The notes under the pieces were generated by a model. The model worked only from the letters and a program-made list of their open reading frames with translations, searched no databases and was not told the origin of the DNA. Shown piece after piece: positions 20,401 through 27,356 of a stretch of 64,000 nt of DNA. Source of the DNA: Bacteroidales bacterium UBA1754 (lineage in GTDB: Bacteria > Bacteroidota > Bacteroidia > Bacteroidales > Paludibacteraceae); assembly GCA_002315615.1 (NCBI GenBank), contig DCHK01000069.1:5333-69332 (forward strand), given 5' to 3'. Position 1 is the stretch's first letter. Each line of letters begins with the position of its first letter. The translations under genes and the position numbers were made by a program.

Positions 20401-21774
20401 ACTGATTATGTAACTCGCATATTGATGCTTGTGCGCAACGTATCGGCAACGTACAAAGAGTCGAGAGATTTGATTTTGCCACAATATCAGCCTACGACAG
20501 GATTCCTTGGTCAAACAAAATCCGATGGAGTGAAAGCGCCAGGTTATAATTATGTGTTCGGCTTTTTCCGTACCGAACCGTATATTGAAAAGGCATACAA
20601 ACACGGTTGGTTGGGTGCAGATTCTATTGGCGATCCTGTTAGTGTAAACAATACGACCGATTTTCAGGCAAGAATAAATTTGGAACCATTGCCAGGATTC
20701 AAAATAGAAATTTCGGGTTACAGAACAAGTTCAAGTTCGCGCTCCATTTTGTTCGACGGCAAAGGTGGAACAATTGAGACTTTCAACGGAACTTTGTCGA
20801 TGACGCAAGCCGCAATTGGAACTTCTTTTTGGAAAATTGGCGAATCTGGAAATTTCGATTCCGAAGCATTCGATAAGTTCTTGGCGTACAGAGATGTAGT
20901 TGCAAACCGATTGGAACAAGAATACACCGATGCTGGATATAATATTGGCAAATATAATCGGTCATCGTCCGAAGTATTGATACCTGCAATGATGGCTGCT
21001 TATACAAATAAATCGGCATCAAATGTAGGACTGAGCATATTGCCGTCAATAGCGAAGATTATGCCAAACTGGAAAGTCTCTTGTGATGCGTTGTCGAAAA
21101 TATCGGCTGTGAAGAAATATTTCAAAACCATCACATTGTCTCACGGTTATCGTTGCGTTTACAATGTTGGTTCTTATTCTTCGTTCTTGGATTGGGAACA
21201 AGGACCAACTTCAGATTTAGGTTTCCGCAAGAGTGTGTTGTCTGGCGAGTCTGCTCAAAAAATTCCATCGTCAATTTACGATGTGAATAGCGTTACGATT
21301 ACAGAGTCTTTCAACCCACTTTTCGGTGTAAATTTGACTACACTTTCAAATGTTTCGTTCAAGTTGGAGTACAAGCGCACACGTACTTTGAACTTAAACA
21401 TTGCAAGTTTGCAATTGGTTGAAGGACACAATAAAGAGTGGGTTATCGGTGCAGGATACAAGTTCGACAACCTAAATTCGATAATAAAATTAAAACAACA
21501 GCAGACAAAAGTTAAAAATAGTTTGACGTTGCGTGCCGATTTTTCTATTAGAGATGTTAATTCTATTCTTCGTAAAATTGAGGAAGATTACGCAGAACCA
21601 GAGTCGGGCGGAAAAGTGCTTAAATTTGCCTTTACTGCCGATTATGTATTGAGCGAATTCGTCGATTTGTGTTTCTATATGGACAAGAGTTCAAACAAAC
21701 CATTTGTTTCATCTTCGTATCCTACAAAAAGTTGGGACGGCGGTTTCACCATTCGTTTAATGTTGACAAGATAA
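14497..21774 (+). CDS. sprA: Type IX secretion system translocon SprA (Sov)
   Basis: 2425 aa with an N-terminal signal peptide. The giant size, beta-rich and aromatic-rich composition, and conserved ruvA-sprA synteny match SprA. The only start that keeps the signal peptide is TTG at 14497, because an in-frame stop lies at 14488. Confidence 0.92.
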   Translation: MKTKIYIFSFIACVIGVLSVYAVTKEETDELPFPIAKDANGTIDDKINSGSAVDLKDPENMKTDVEYDGENDTYIVRTKVGDEEFGTPFVFTSDEYKEYSLKQSMRDYWRDRNGIETSGKHKGFSLTDIQVDIGRGDEIFGPGGIQVKTQGSAEISMGLRRNRIQNPTLTERSQNPPPSFDFDEKIQLNVKGSVGDKIKLGLNYNTEASFDFDSEMIKLQYAGNEDEIIQSIEAGNVSMPLSTSLISGSSALFGLRTKLKFGRMTVDAVVSQQQSESQNVSVKNGAQTTDFEIPIDEYDENRHFFLSKYFYDNYNKSLKTLPYINSSVKINRIEVWVTNKRGTTTDVRNIVTFADLGEPEVFNHHWLPKSGARYPSNNTNNLYSTVTDTVNFTDGEYTIRDIDGVSVLLENKLSAYGIEGGEDYDKIENARMLSSSEYTLNAQLGYISLKAALNADEVLAVAYEFVANGVVYQVGEFASDIKTPKTLVLKMLKGTNLHPDAPTWKLMMKNVYSLGAMQVQQDKFELNVMFQSDSTGLYLNYLPNSPIQDKTLLSAMGLDKLDSRNEAHPDGVYDFVSGITIIPETGRIIFPTIEPFGSDLKSLLGSSKEYEKYIYQELYDSTLVVAQEYSEKNKFKLKGKYKASSGSEIRLNAMNIPRGSVKVTAGGRTLTENSDYTVDYTMGTVNIINTELLDAGETINVSLENQSFFNTQRKSLFGLHLDYKFSDNFNLGGTIMHLSEKPLTKKVEMGSEPISNTIWGFNGAYKTDLPWLTNAFNKIPFFDLKAPSSFSINGEFAQLIPGEAKVISGNAYIDDFESTKSGIDIRYAYNWKLASIPGDEKLFPESKLSNDLSIGYNRALLSWYTIDPLFTRNNTNTPKHIRSDSEQLSNHYVREVEEQEIYPNRETAYGQSSYRTILNLAYYPNERGPYNFDENIDTDGNLTNPKSRWAGIMRKLETTDFEKANIEYIEFWLMDPFIYNKTAQGGELYFNLGDISEDILKDGKKFAENALPADDKSTVRIDTTAWGIVPRVQSLVSSFATNALERQDVGLNGLNTDAEKTFYGDFLKNIREKLSSDAIMKMQEDPFSVLNDPATDNYHYFLGGDYDNAETSVFDRYKRYNGFEGNSQTSGVQKAATSVPDVEDINADNTLNEYERFYQYKIDLRPNSMVVGENYINDKIVSQVSLANGTTDYVTWYQFKIPISDYTEKVGNIRNFKSIRFVRMYLRDFSEETHLRFGSLELVRGEWRTYTKDLRYNQTETPISDGKIDVESVSVEENSSKEPVNYILPPGVDRVIDPSQTQLRQENEGAMSIKITDLAPKDARAVYKTSGLDMRQYKKLKMFVHAEALIDDETNLKDNDLTVFIRLGSDHTNNFYEYEVPLTLTPKGYYSEDVSGDQRRVWPESNDIDFSLSRLTEAKQKRNASGQKLTELYSVYDKTEGKQQNKITVLGNPSLSEVKVIMIGIRNQSTSIKSGEIWVNELRMSEFEDQGGVAALANATLNVSDLAMLNFSGRMETAGYGSIEQNVQQRNLDDEYQMSVATSVEFGKFFPEKAKVHIPLYYSYSRDVIKPDYDPKNQDLKLNDVLADATKSERDSIKKVSRDMQVSRGVSLSNVKVDIQSKNPQLYDPTNFSVGYSFNETTNYDPETEYEVTKNHKGYISYNFNTTPKPYQPFSSMKDKSGYLKLIKDFNINYMPSYISYINNINRYYYERQLRDLTGTGKLNPSFSQDFTWDRNFDLKYDFSRSLKFTFSTATNSRIDEPYTVVNKDLYPDEYQHWKDSVMYNFRHGGRPLQYEQMFTITYNIPINKIPALDWVTANAQYKSTYQWDRGVTAKDEDGNAYSLGNTATNIMNWQGDGRLNFETLYKHSKYLKNVNTKFTKTRTRPSANKNQQKYTQTVSLKSGESMDITHKLKTNNVKLTATDDKGRTYTLNYKAIDENTIRIKPKRNIDNLSITVEKSQDEQQKSATDYVTRILMLVRNVSATYKESRDLILPQYQPTTGFLGQTKSDGVKAPGYNYVFGFFRTEPYIEKAYKHGWLGADSIGDPVSVNNTTDFQARINLEPLPGFKIEISGYRTSSSSRSILFDGKGGTIETFNGTLSMTQAAIGTSFWKIGESGNFDSEAFDKFLAYRDVVANRLEQEYTDAGYNIGKYNRSSSEVLIPAMMAAYTNKSASNVGLSILPSIAKIMPNWKVSCDALSKISAVKKYFKTITLSHGYRCVYNVGSYSSFLDWEQGPTSDLGFRKSVLSGESAQKIPSSIYDVNSVTITESFNPLFGVNLTTLSNVSFKLEYKRTRTLNLNIASLQLVEGHNKEWVIGAGYKFDNLNSIIKLKQQQTKVKNSLTLRADFSIRDVNSILRKIEEDYAEPESGGKVLKFAFTADYVLSEFVDLCFYMDKSSNKPFVSSSYPTKSWDGGFTIRLMLTR

Positions 21775-21779
21775 GAGTT

Positions 21780-22052
21780 ATGAAAGAAGAATTTTCTGCA
21801 AGCAGATTGACCAAAGACAATAAATTGTTTCCTGATAAGTTGATTATTGAAGATGACAAAGTCATCTTTTACAAAGGTCATGTAATTGGTCACGATGTAA
21901 CATCCATTTCGCGTGGAAATATTGGTAGCGTTACGCTAAATTCAGGAATGTTTTTCGCTGATATTGTGATAGAAACAAATGGTGGACAGATTACTCGCGC
22001 AAGTGGTTTTACCAAATCCGATGCGAAACGAATAATAGAATTGTTGGGGTAA
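21780..22052 (+). CDS. Small cytoplasmic bacterial PH-domain-like protein (90 aa)
   Basis: The ATG lies 5 nt after the sprA stop. The pattern DKLIIEDDKVIFYKG...ISRGNIGSVTLNSGMFFADIVIETNGG...ASGFTKSDAKRIIELL resembles bPH/YdbS-like domains. No signal peptide or TM segment. The ORF-track start at 21669 overlaps sprA and was rejected. Confidence 0.6.
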   Translation: MKEEFSASRLTKDNKLFPDKLIIEDDKVIFYKGHVIGHDVTSISRGNIGSVTLNSGMFFADIVIETNGGQITRASGFTKSDAKRIIELLG

Positions 22053-22077
22053 ATATTCTTGAAAATACAGACATATT

Positions 22078-22113
22078 AAGAATGCATCATTTGTTTTGGT
22101 GCATTCTTTTTTT
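22078..22113 (+). terminator. Rho-independent terminator after the sprA / PH-like gene unit
   Basis: Stem aagaatgcatca (22078-22089) pairs with tggtgcattctt (22097-22108), including one G-U pair, followed by a T-run to 22113. Confidence 0.65.
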
Positions 22114-22213
22114 ATGAATGGTTTTTTGCTTGGATATAACGACTTATAATGTCTTTTTTACACTCAAATATTAAAAATGCCTTTCGTAAGAGTATAATTT
22201 GAAATCTTTTTCC

Positions 22214-22221
22214 TAAATTTG
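22214..22221 (+). promoter_or_regulatory. -7 promoter element (TAAATTTG) for the DsbD-like gene
   Basis: TAnnTTTG match 23 nt upstream of the ATG at 22244. Confidence 0.45.
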
Positions 22222-22243
22222 TAAGAATGTATATAGTATCTTT

Positions 22244-24199
22244 ATGAGAAAGATTCTTGCAATTATTTTTCTTTTGTTTCAATTCTCTTTGCAGGCACAA
22301 ATTCAAGAGCCTGTAAAATGGTTCTTTTCCGAAAAGAAATTGAGCAAAAGCGAATTGGAGTTGAGGTTCGTTGCAAAAATTGACAAAGGTTGGCATTTGT
22401 ACAATATCAATTTGGCGGACGATAGTCCCGTGTTGCCGACGCAATTTACGTTTGATAATGTGCAAGGAGCAGAACTTGTTGGAGGCGTTTCTACAAAGTT
22501 TTTGGCAATAGAGTCTTTTGATAAAAATTTTGAACAAATATTAAGTTTTTTTGCCGATTCTGTAGTTTTTACGCAAAAAATTAAAACGTCAGGAAAGTAT
22601 TCTATTGATGGAAATGTGCGTTTTATGGCTTGCAACGACGAGAATTGTTTGGCTCCTACAATAAAGAATTTTTCGTTTAAGTCGGTTGGTGAACCTCAAA
22701 AACCCAAAGCAGAACCATTACCGGTTCTTGCCGTTCAAGTAAAGGATGCGGTCAAAACTACGGCAGATACTTTGCCTACATTCCATTCCGAAATACCTGA
22801 TACGTGGAAATCTTGTGGTGATGTATCGTCTTTTGGGTCACATACAGAAATAATTGAAGAAACTGCTTACGGACGCATTTTCTTCGACGGATTTTTGGCT
22901 GGTTTATTGGCGTTGTTCACGCCTTGCGTTTGGCCTATTATTCCACTTACGGTGAGTTTTTTCCTAAAAAGGAAAAAGGGCAAAAGAGATGCACTTTTGT
23001 ATGGATTGTCAATTGTCTGCATCTACACGTTTGTGGGAATGTTGATAACCTATATTTTTGGTGCAAGTCAGTTGAATGCACTTTCTACAAGTGCTGTTTT
23101 CAATATATTTTGCTTCTTGTTGTTGGTGGTTTTTGCAGCATCGTTTTTGGGAATGTTTGAGATAACATTACCATCGTCTTGGAGTACAAAACTCGATGCA
23201 AAGGCAGAAAAAGTTGGTGGATTATTCGGCATTTTTTTGATGGCGGCAACGTTGTCGCTTGTTTCTTTTTCGTGCACAGGACCAATAGTAGGAACTTTGC
23301 TTGTGGCAGAATCGGTTGATGGCGCATTTTTGGCTCCGTTTGTCGGAATGCTTGCATTTTCTATTGCATTGGCAGTGCCGTTCACGGTATTTGCATTGTT
23401 TCCAAGTTGGATGAATTCGTTGCCAAAATCGGGCGATTGGTTGAATGTGGTAAAAGTAACGCTTGGATTTTTTGAATTGGCGTTTTCGTTAAAGTTCCTT
23501 TCGGTTGCCGATTTGGCGTATGGTTGGCGCTTGCTCGACCGCGAAGTGTTCCTTTCTTTGTGGATAGTGCTTTCGGCTATGCTTGGTTTGTATTATCTTG
23601 GAAAAATTCGTTTTGCTCACGAAGGTGAAGTGAAAAATGTTTCTTTCCCGAGGTTTTTGTTGGCACTTGTTTGTTTTGCTTTTTCAGTGTATATGATTCC
23701 TGGTTTGTGGGGTGCACCACTGAAAGCAGTCAGTGCTTTTGCTCCACCTATTTATACGCAAGATTTCAATTTGAGCCACAAAGAAAGAGTGGCTTTTAAG
23801 GATTTTGACGAAGGAATGGCTTATGCAAAACAAAACAACAAACTTGTGTTGCTCGATTTCACTGGTTATGGATGTGTGAATTGCAGAAAAATGGAATCGA
23901 CAATATTGGCAGATGAAGAAGTGAAGAATTTCATAGACAACAATTTCGTACAAATAACTTTATTTGTCGATGACAAAACGCCTTTGGAAAATGCGATGAG
24001 TGTCGAAGAAAACGGAGAAAAACTGATGCTTAAAACTGTAGGTGAAAAATGGAGTTATTTGCAACGTCATAAATTTTCTGCCAACGCACAACCCTATTAT
24101 GTGATTTTGAACGGCGATGGCGAAATGCAAAATTCTTCGTTCTCATTCACCGAAAATGTAAATGATTTTTTATGCTGGCTAAAGCAAACAAATAATTAG
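22244..24199 (+). CDS. Thiol:disulfide interchange protein DsbD-like (N-terminal domain, CcdA-type membrane core, C-terminal thioredoxin fold)
   Basis: 651 aa. Signal peptide, a periplasmic domain (RFMACNDENCLAP), a membrane core with FTPCVWPIIP and SFSCTGP motifs, and a C-terminal thioredoxin-like GYGCVNC. Confidence 0.85.
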   Translation: MRKILAIIFLLFQFSLQAQIQEPVKWFFSEKKLSKSELELRFVAKIDKGWHLYNINLADDSPVLPTQFTFDNVQGAELVGGVSTKFLAIESFDKNFEQILSFFADSVVFTQKIKTSGKYSIDGNVRFMACNDENCLAPTIKNFSFKSVGEPQKPKAEPLPVLAVQVKDAVKTTADTLPTFHSEIPDTWKSCGDVSSFGSHTEIIEETAYGRIFFDGFLAGLLALFTPCVWPIIPLTVSFFLKRKKGKRDALLYGLSIVCIYTFVGMLITYIFGASQLNALSTSAVFNIFCFLLLVVFAASFLGMFEITLPSSWSTKLDAKAEKVGGLFGIFLMAATLSLVSFSCTGPIVGTLLVAESVDGAFLAPFVGMLAFSIALAVPFTVFALFPSWMNSLPKSGDWLNVVKVTLGFFELAFSLKFLSVADLAYGWRLLDREVFLSLWIVLSAMLGLYYLGKIRFAHEGEVKNVSFPRFLLALVCFAFSVYMIPGLWGAPLKAVSAFAPPIYTQDFNLSHKERVAFKDFDEGMAYAKQNNKLVLLDFTGYGCVNCRKMESTILADEEVKNFIDNNFVQITLFVDDKTPLENAMSVEENGEKLMLKTVGEKWSYLQRHKFSANAQPYYVILNGDGEMQNSSFSFTENVNDFLCWLKQTNN

Positions 24200-24211
24200 A
24201 ATCTTAATAAA

Positions 24212-26158
24212 ATGAAAAAAATATTACTGATTTTGACTATGTTTCCACTAATGGTTTTTTCGCAAATTACCATTATGAATGAGACATTTGGTAATCCCAC
24301 AACTTCTCCTATAAAAGTGGAGGATTACAAAGGTTGGAGCGAGAAGAATGGCATTGTATATTCATCCAAAAAGGGAAATGTTGAACATAGCGTTGAAATT
24401 AGAAATAATCAAACTTCTGAATATTTAAATGACGGCATATTGGCATCAGGTGGCGGAAATTTATATTTGAATGGTGATGCTACTTCTTTTGTTGTGAGCA
24501 ATATCAACGCAAGTAATTGTTATAAATTAAAATTATCATTTGGTCTGTTTGGCAAAACAGTAAATTCATTTCTCAATTTCAAAGTTTATTACTCCTTAAA
24601 TGATGGAACGACAAAAACGCTTTTGAAATCTTTTGAATCGTATGTTTGCGAACCTAAAAAATGGCAACATATAAGCGAGATTTCTTTGCCAGAAGCCGCT
24701 GCGGTTTCTAATTTGACATTGATTTTTGATTTGGGGAAAACCGAGGGTTCTGCCAAGGTTCGTTTAGATGACATTAAAATTGTAGGTTTGAAAAATCAGT
24801 CAGATGATTACGCATCTCTTTCAATTTTGTCAGAAATTAGTCGTTTTGAAACGACGGTGAATTCTGAGACATCTCAAAATTTGTCAATTTCAGGTTCAAA
24901 TATTGCGAGTGACGTAACATTGCAGTTGAAAGATGGTAGCGATTTCTCGTTGTCGAAAAATACGATTACTGCCGAAGAATTAAATGATGGAGCAAAATCG
25001 GTTTCAATTGGCATTACTTATTCGCCCAAAAGTGTAAAATATTCCGACGATACATTGGTGATAAACACTGCAAATCTTTCATCTCCACTGTATGTTTTGC
25101 TCGAAGGAAAATCAATGTTTGAAAATGTGCAGAATTTACAAGTTTCGCAGGTAGGAGCAAATGTGAAAATTTCGTGGGATGCTGTTCCTACAGCCGAAAA
25201 TTATTTAATCACCATCAATAAAAAGCAAAATGTGGTGAAAGATACTATTTTCTACGAAGATTTTTCCGATTTTCAAGAGAAAACCATCAAAGTGGGAGAA
25301 AAAGATGTGGATATTGAAATTGGGGAATCTATTATAAACACTGGAACGAACGTTTACAATGGATTTTTTAAAACTGCTGGTTGGACTGGTGCAAATGTTT
25401 ATAATGGTTCGGACGACGATTTGGGTGATGTAGAAGGTGTATGCCGTTTAGGCAAAAAGGCAGGTGGAAATGGGTGGTTAAATTCTCCATCGATATATTT
25501 AATGGGCAAAAAAAATGTCTATTTGAGTTATAAAATTAGAACATTTACAAATCACGGAACGCCAGAAAAGACATCCGTAAAAGTCGGGTATCTTGCAAAT
25601 ACAGATCAAAAATTAGATATTTTGGAAAATCTTTACCCTGATTTTCAAGAATATATAAAGAAAATAGAAAATGATACTATAAAAATTCGTTTTGCGGGAA
25701 CGAATCCAAAGGCAAATGAGAACAATAGGTTTATTATTGATGATATTGTAATTTTTTCTGCCGAAAATTATGAAATGCCGAAAGTGAAGAACAAACTTTT
25801 GACGGAAAATTCTTTTGAAATAGCAGATTTGACAATTGGTGCAGAATATGAAATTTCTGTGCGTGCTTACAATCCAACTACAGTTTTTGTTTCGGATTCG
25901 GCAAACGTAACGTACAAAGTGAAAGATTGTTCTGCATTGAAAAATATTTCGGAAGAAAACGAGGCGATTATTTATGCAGAAAACGGAATTGTATTTATAG
26001 AATCGTTGAAAGATGCTGAAATAAACATTTATAATCCTCTTGGTGCAATTGTTTGTACTAAAAAAATCAACGAGGGTGTTAATGAAATCGTTGGTTTGAC
26101 GCAAGGCGTTTATCTTTTGCAAGTGGGTGGAAAAACGACGAAAATAATACTGAATTAA
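24212..26158 (+). CDS. Secreted protein of unknown function with a T9SS type A C-terminal sorting domain
   Basis: Signal peptide MKKILLILTMFPLMVFS. The C-terminus NIYNPLGAIVCTKKINEGVNEIVGLTQGVYLLQVGGKTTKIILN is a typical Por/T9SS CTD. An internal Fn3-like segment is present (NLQVSQVGANVKISWDAVPTAENYLI). Two modules start NETFGN and YEDFSDF. Confidence 0.8.
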   Translation: MKKILLILTMFPLMVFSQITIMNETFGNPTTSPIKVEDYKGWSEKNGIVYSSKKGNVEHSVEIRNNQTSEYLNDGILASGGGNLYLNGDATSFVVSNINASNCYKLKLSFGLFGKTVNSFLNFKVYYSLNDGTTKTLLKSFESYVCEPKKWQHISEISLPEAAAVSNLTLIFDLGKTEGSAKVRLDDIKIVGLKNQSDDYASLSILSEISRFETTVNSETSQNLSISGSNIASDVTLQLKDGSDFSLSKNTITAEELNDGAKSVSIGITYSPKSVKYSDDTLVINTANLSSPLYVLLEGKSMFENVQNLQVSQVGANVKISWDAVPTAENYLITINKKQNVVKDTIFYEDFSDFQEKTIKVGEKDVDIEIGESIINTGTNVYNGFFKTAGWTGANVYNGSDDDLGDVEGVCRLGKKAGGNGWLNSPSIYLMGKKNVYLSYKIRTFTNHGTPEKTSVKVGYLANTDQKLDILENLYPDFQEYIKKIENDTIKIRFAGTNPKANENNRFIIDDIVIFSAENYEMPKVKNKLLTENSFEIADLTIGAEYEISVRAYNPTTVFVSDSANVTYKVKDCSALKNISEENEAIIYAENGIVFIESLKDAEINIYNPLGAIVCTKKINEGVNEIVGLTQGVYLLQVGGKTTKIILN

Positions 26159-26167
26159 AAAAAGGAA

Positions 26168-26857
26168 ATGAATCAATCTTTGTCGGGAATAATATCTTTT
26201 TTGAGCGACTTGGCAATCAACAACAATCGTGTGTGGTTTGCCGAGAACAAAAACCGTTATCTTCAGGCAAAAGCGGAATTTGATGAAATCGTGACAGAAA
26301 TGATTTCGCAAATTGCGTTGTTCGATGCTTCCGTGTCGTCGCTCACACCAAAAGATTGCACGTATCGCATCTATCGTGATGTGCGTTTTCGTGATAAAGA
26401 CACGCCTTATAAAATTCATTTTGGTGCATATATTGCGCCACACGGTGGACGAAAAAGCGATTACGGTGGATACTATTTTCACGTGCAACCAGGTAATCAG
26501 TCGTTTTTGTCGCCAGGAATATGGTCGCCTCAACCAGATGTATTAAAGGCACTTCGCAGTTCAATTTACGATAATTATGATGAGTTTTTGGAGATAATAA
26601 ATAATGCAGAATTTCAGAAATTCTACAAAAATTCATTCTACGAACACGAAATGTTGAAAAAAAATCCACTCGGTTTTCCGAAAGATTTTGAAGGCGCATA
26701 TTATTTGAAATTGAAACACTATTTGGTAAGTTCAGATTTGACGGATGATTTTTTGTTGCAAGAAAATTGGATGGAAAAAGTTGTAGAGCGTTTTCGTGTG
26801 GCATATCCACTTAATAAATTTTTGAATTATACGCTCGACGAAATTCATAATTCATAA
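26168..26857 (+). CDS. DUF2461 (TIGR02453) family protein
   Basis: FLSDLAINNNRVWFAENKNRY and YRIYRDVRFRDKDTPYKIHFG are the hallmark motifs of this family. Confidence 0.8.
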   Translation: MNQSLSGIISFLSDLAINNNRVWFAENKNRYLQAKAEFDEIVTEMISQIALFDASVSSLTPKDCTYRIYRDVRFRDKDTPYKIHFGAYIAPHGGRKSDYGGYYFHVQPGNQSFLSPGIWSPQPDVLKALRSSIYDNYDEFLEIINNAEFQKFYKNSFYEHEMLKKNPLGFPKDFEGAYYLKLKHYLVSSDLTDDFLLQENWMEKVVERFRVAYPLNKFLNYTLDEIHNS

Positions 26858-26872
26858 AACAGAATTTGTATA

Positions 26873-27319
26873 ATGATTCATGATAATTTAGAAAATATTT
26901 TTTTGTACGAGGGTTTGAATCCGAATTTTGGTTTGGCGTTCAAACATCTTTCTGCTACTAATTTTGCCGAGATGCAACCTTGCGAGTATTTTTTGAATGA
27001 AAATGTGAAAGTGATTGTTTCGCTCACCGAAGGTCATCTTGCCGATGATTCGCAAGTAGAGTTGCACAATGATTTTATCGACATTCAAATGCCGTTGAAC
27101 ACTGTCGAAACAATGGGTTGGATTGCTCGACAAAATCTAAAAAATGCGTCAGTGCCATACGATAAAGAAAAAGACATTGCGTTTTTTTATGAAAAAGCGA
27201 CAGATTTTGTAAAGGTTGAGCCATACGAATTTGTGGTGTTTTTCCCAACAGACGGACACCAACCTTGCATTGCAGAGGGGATGATAAAAAAAGTGATAGT
27301 AAAAGTAAAAAACATATAG
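26873..27319 (+). CDS. YhcH/YjgK/YiaL (DUF386, EbgC-like) family protein
   Basis: 148 aa. The C-terminal FVVFFPTDGHQPC motif is typical of this cupin-like family. Confidence 0.75.
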   Translation: MIHDNLENIFLYEGLNPNFGLAFKHLSATNFAEMQPCEYFLNENVKVIVSLTEGHLADDSQVELHNDFIDIQMPLNTVETMGWIARQNLKNASVPYDKEKDIAFFYEKATDFVKVEPYEFVVFFPTDGHQPCIAEGMIKKVIVKVKNI

Positions 27320-27356
27320 AGTATTACAGACCAAAAATTCTAAATAAAATAATTTT

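Noticed and set aside
21669-21779. The upstream part of the 127-aa ORF, which overlaps the last 106 nt of sprA.
   Set aside because: The PH-like domain begins at the ATG at 21780, just after the sprA stop. The overlapping part has no conserved-looking sequence.
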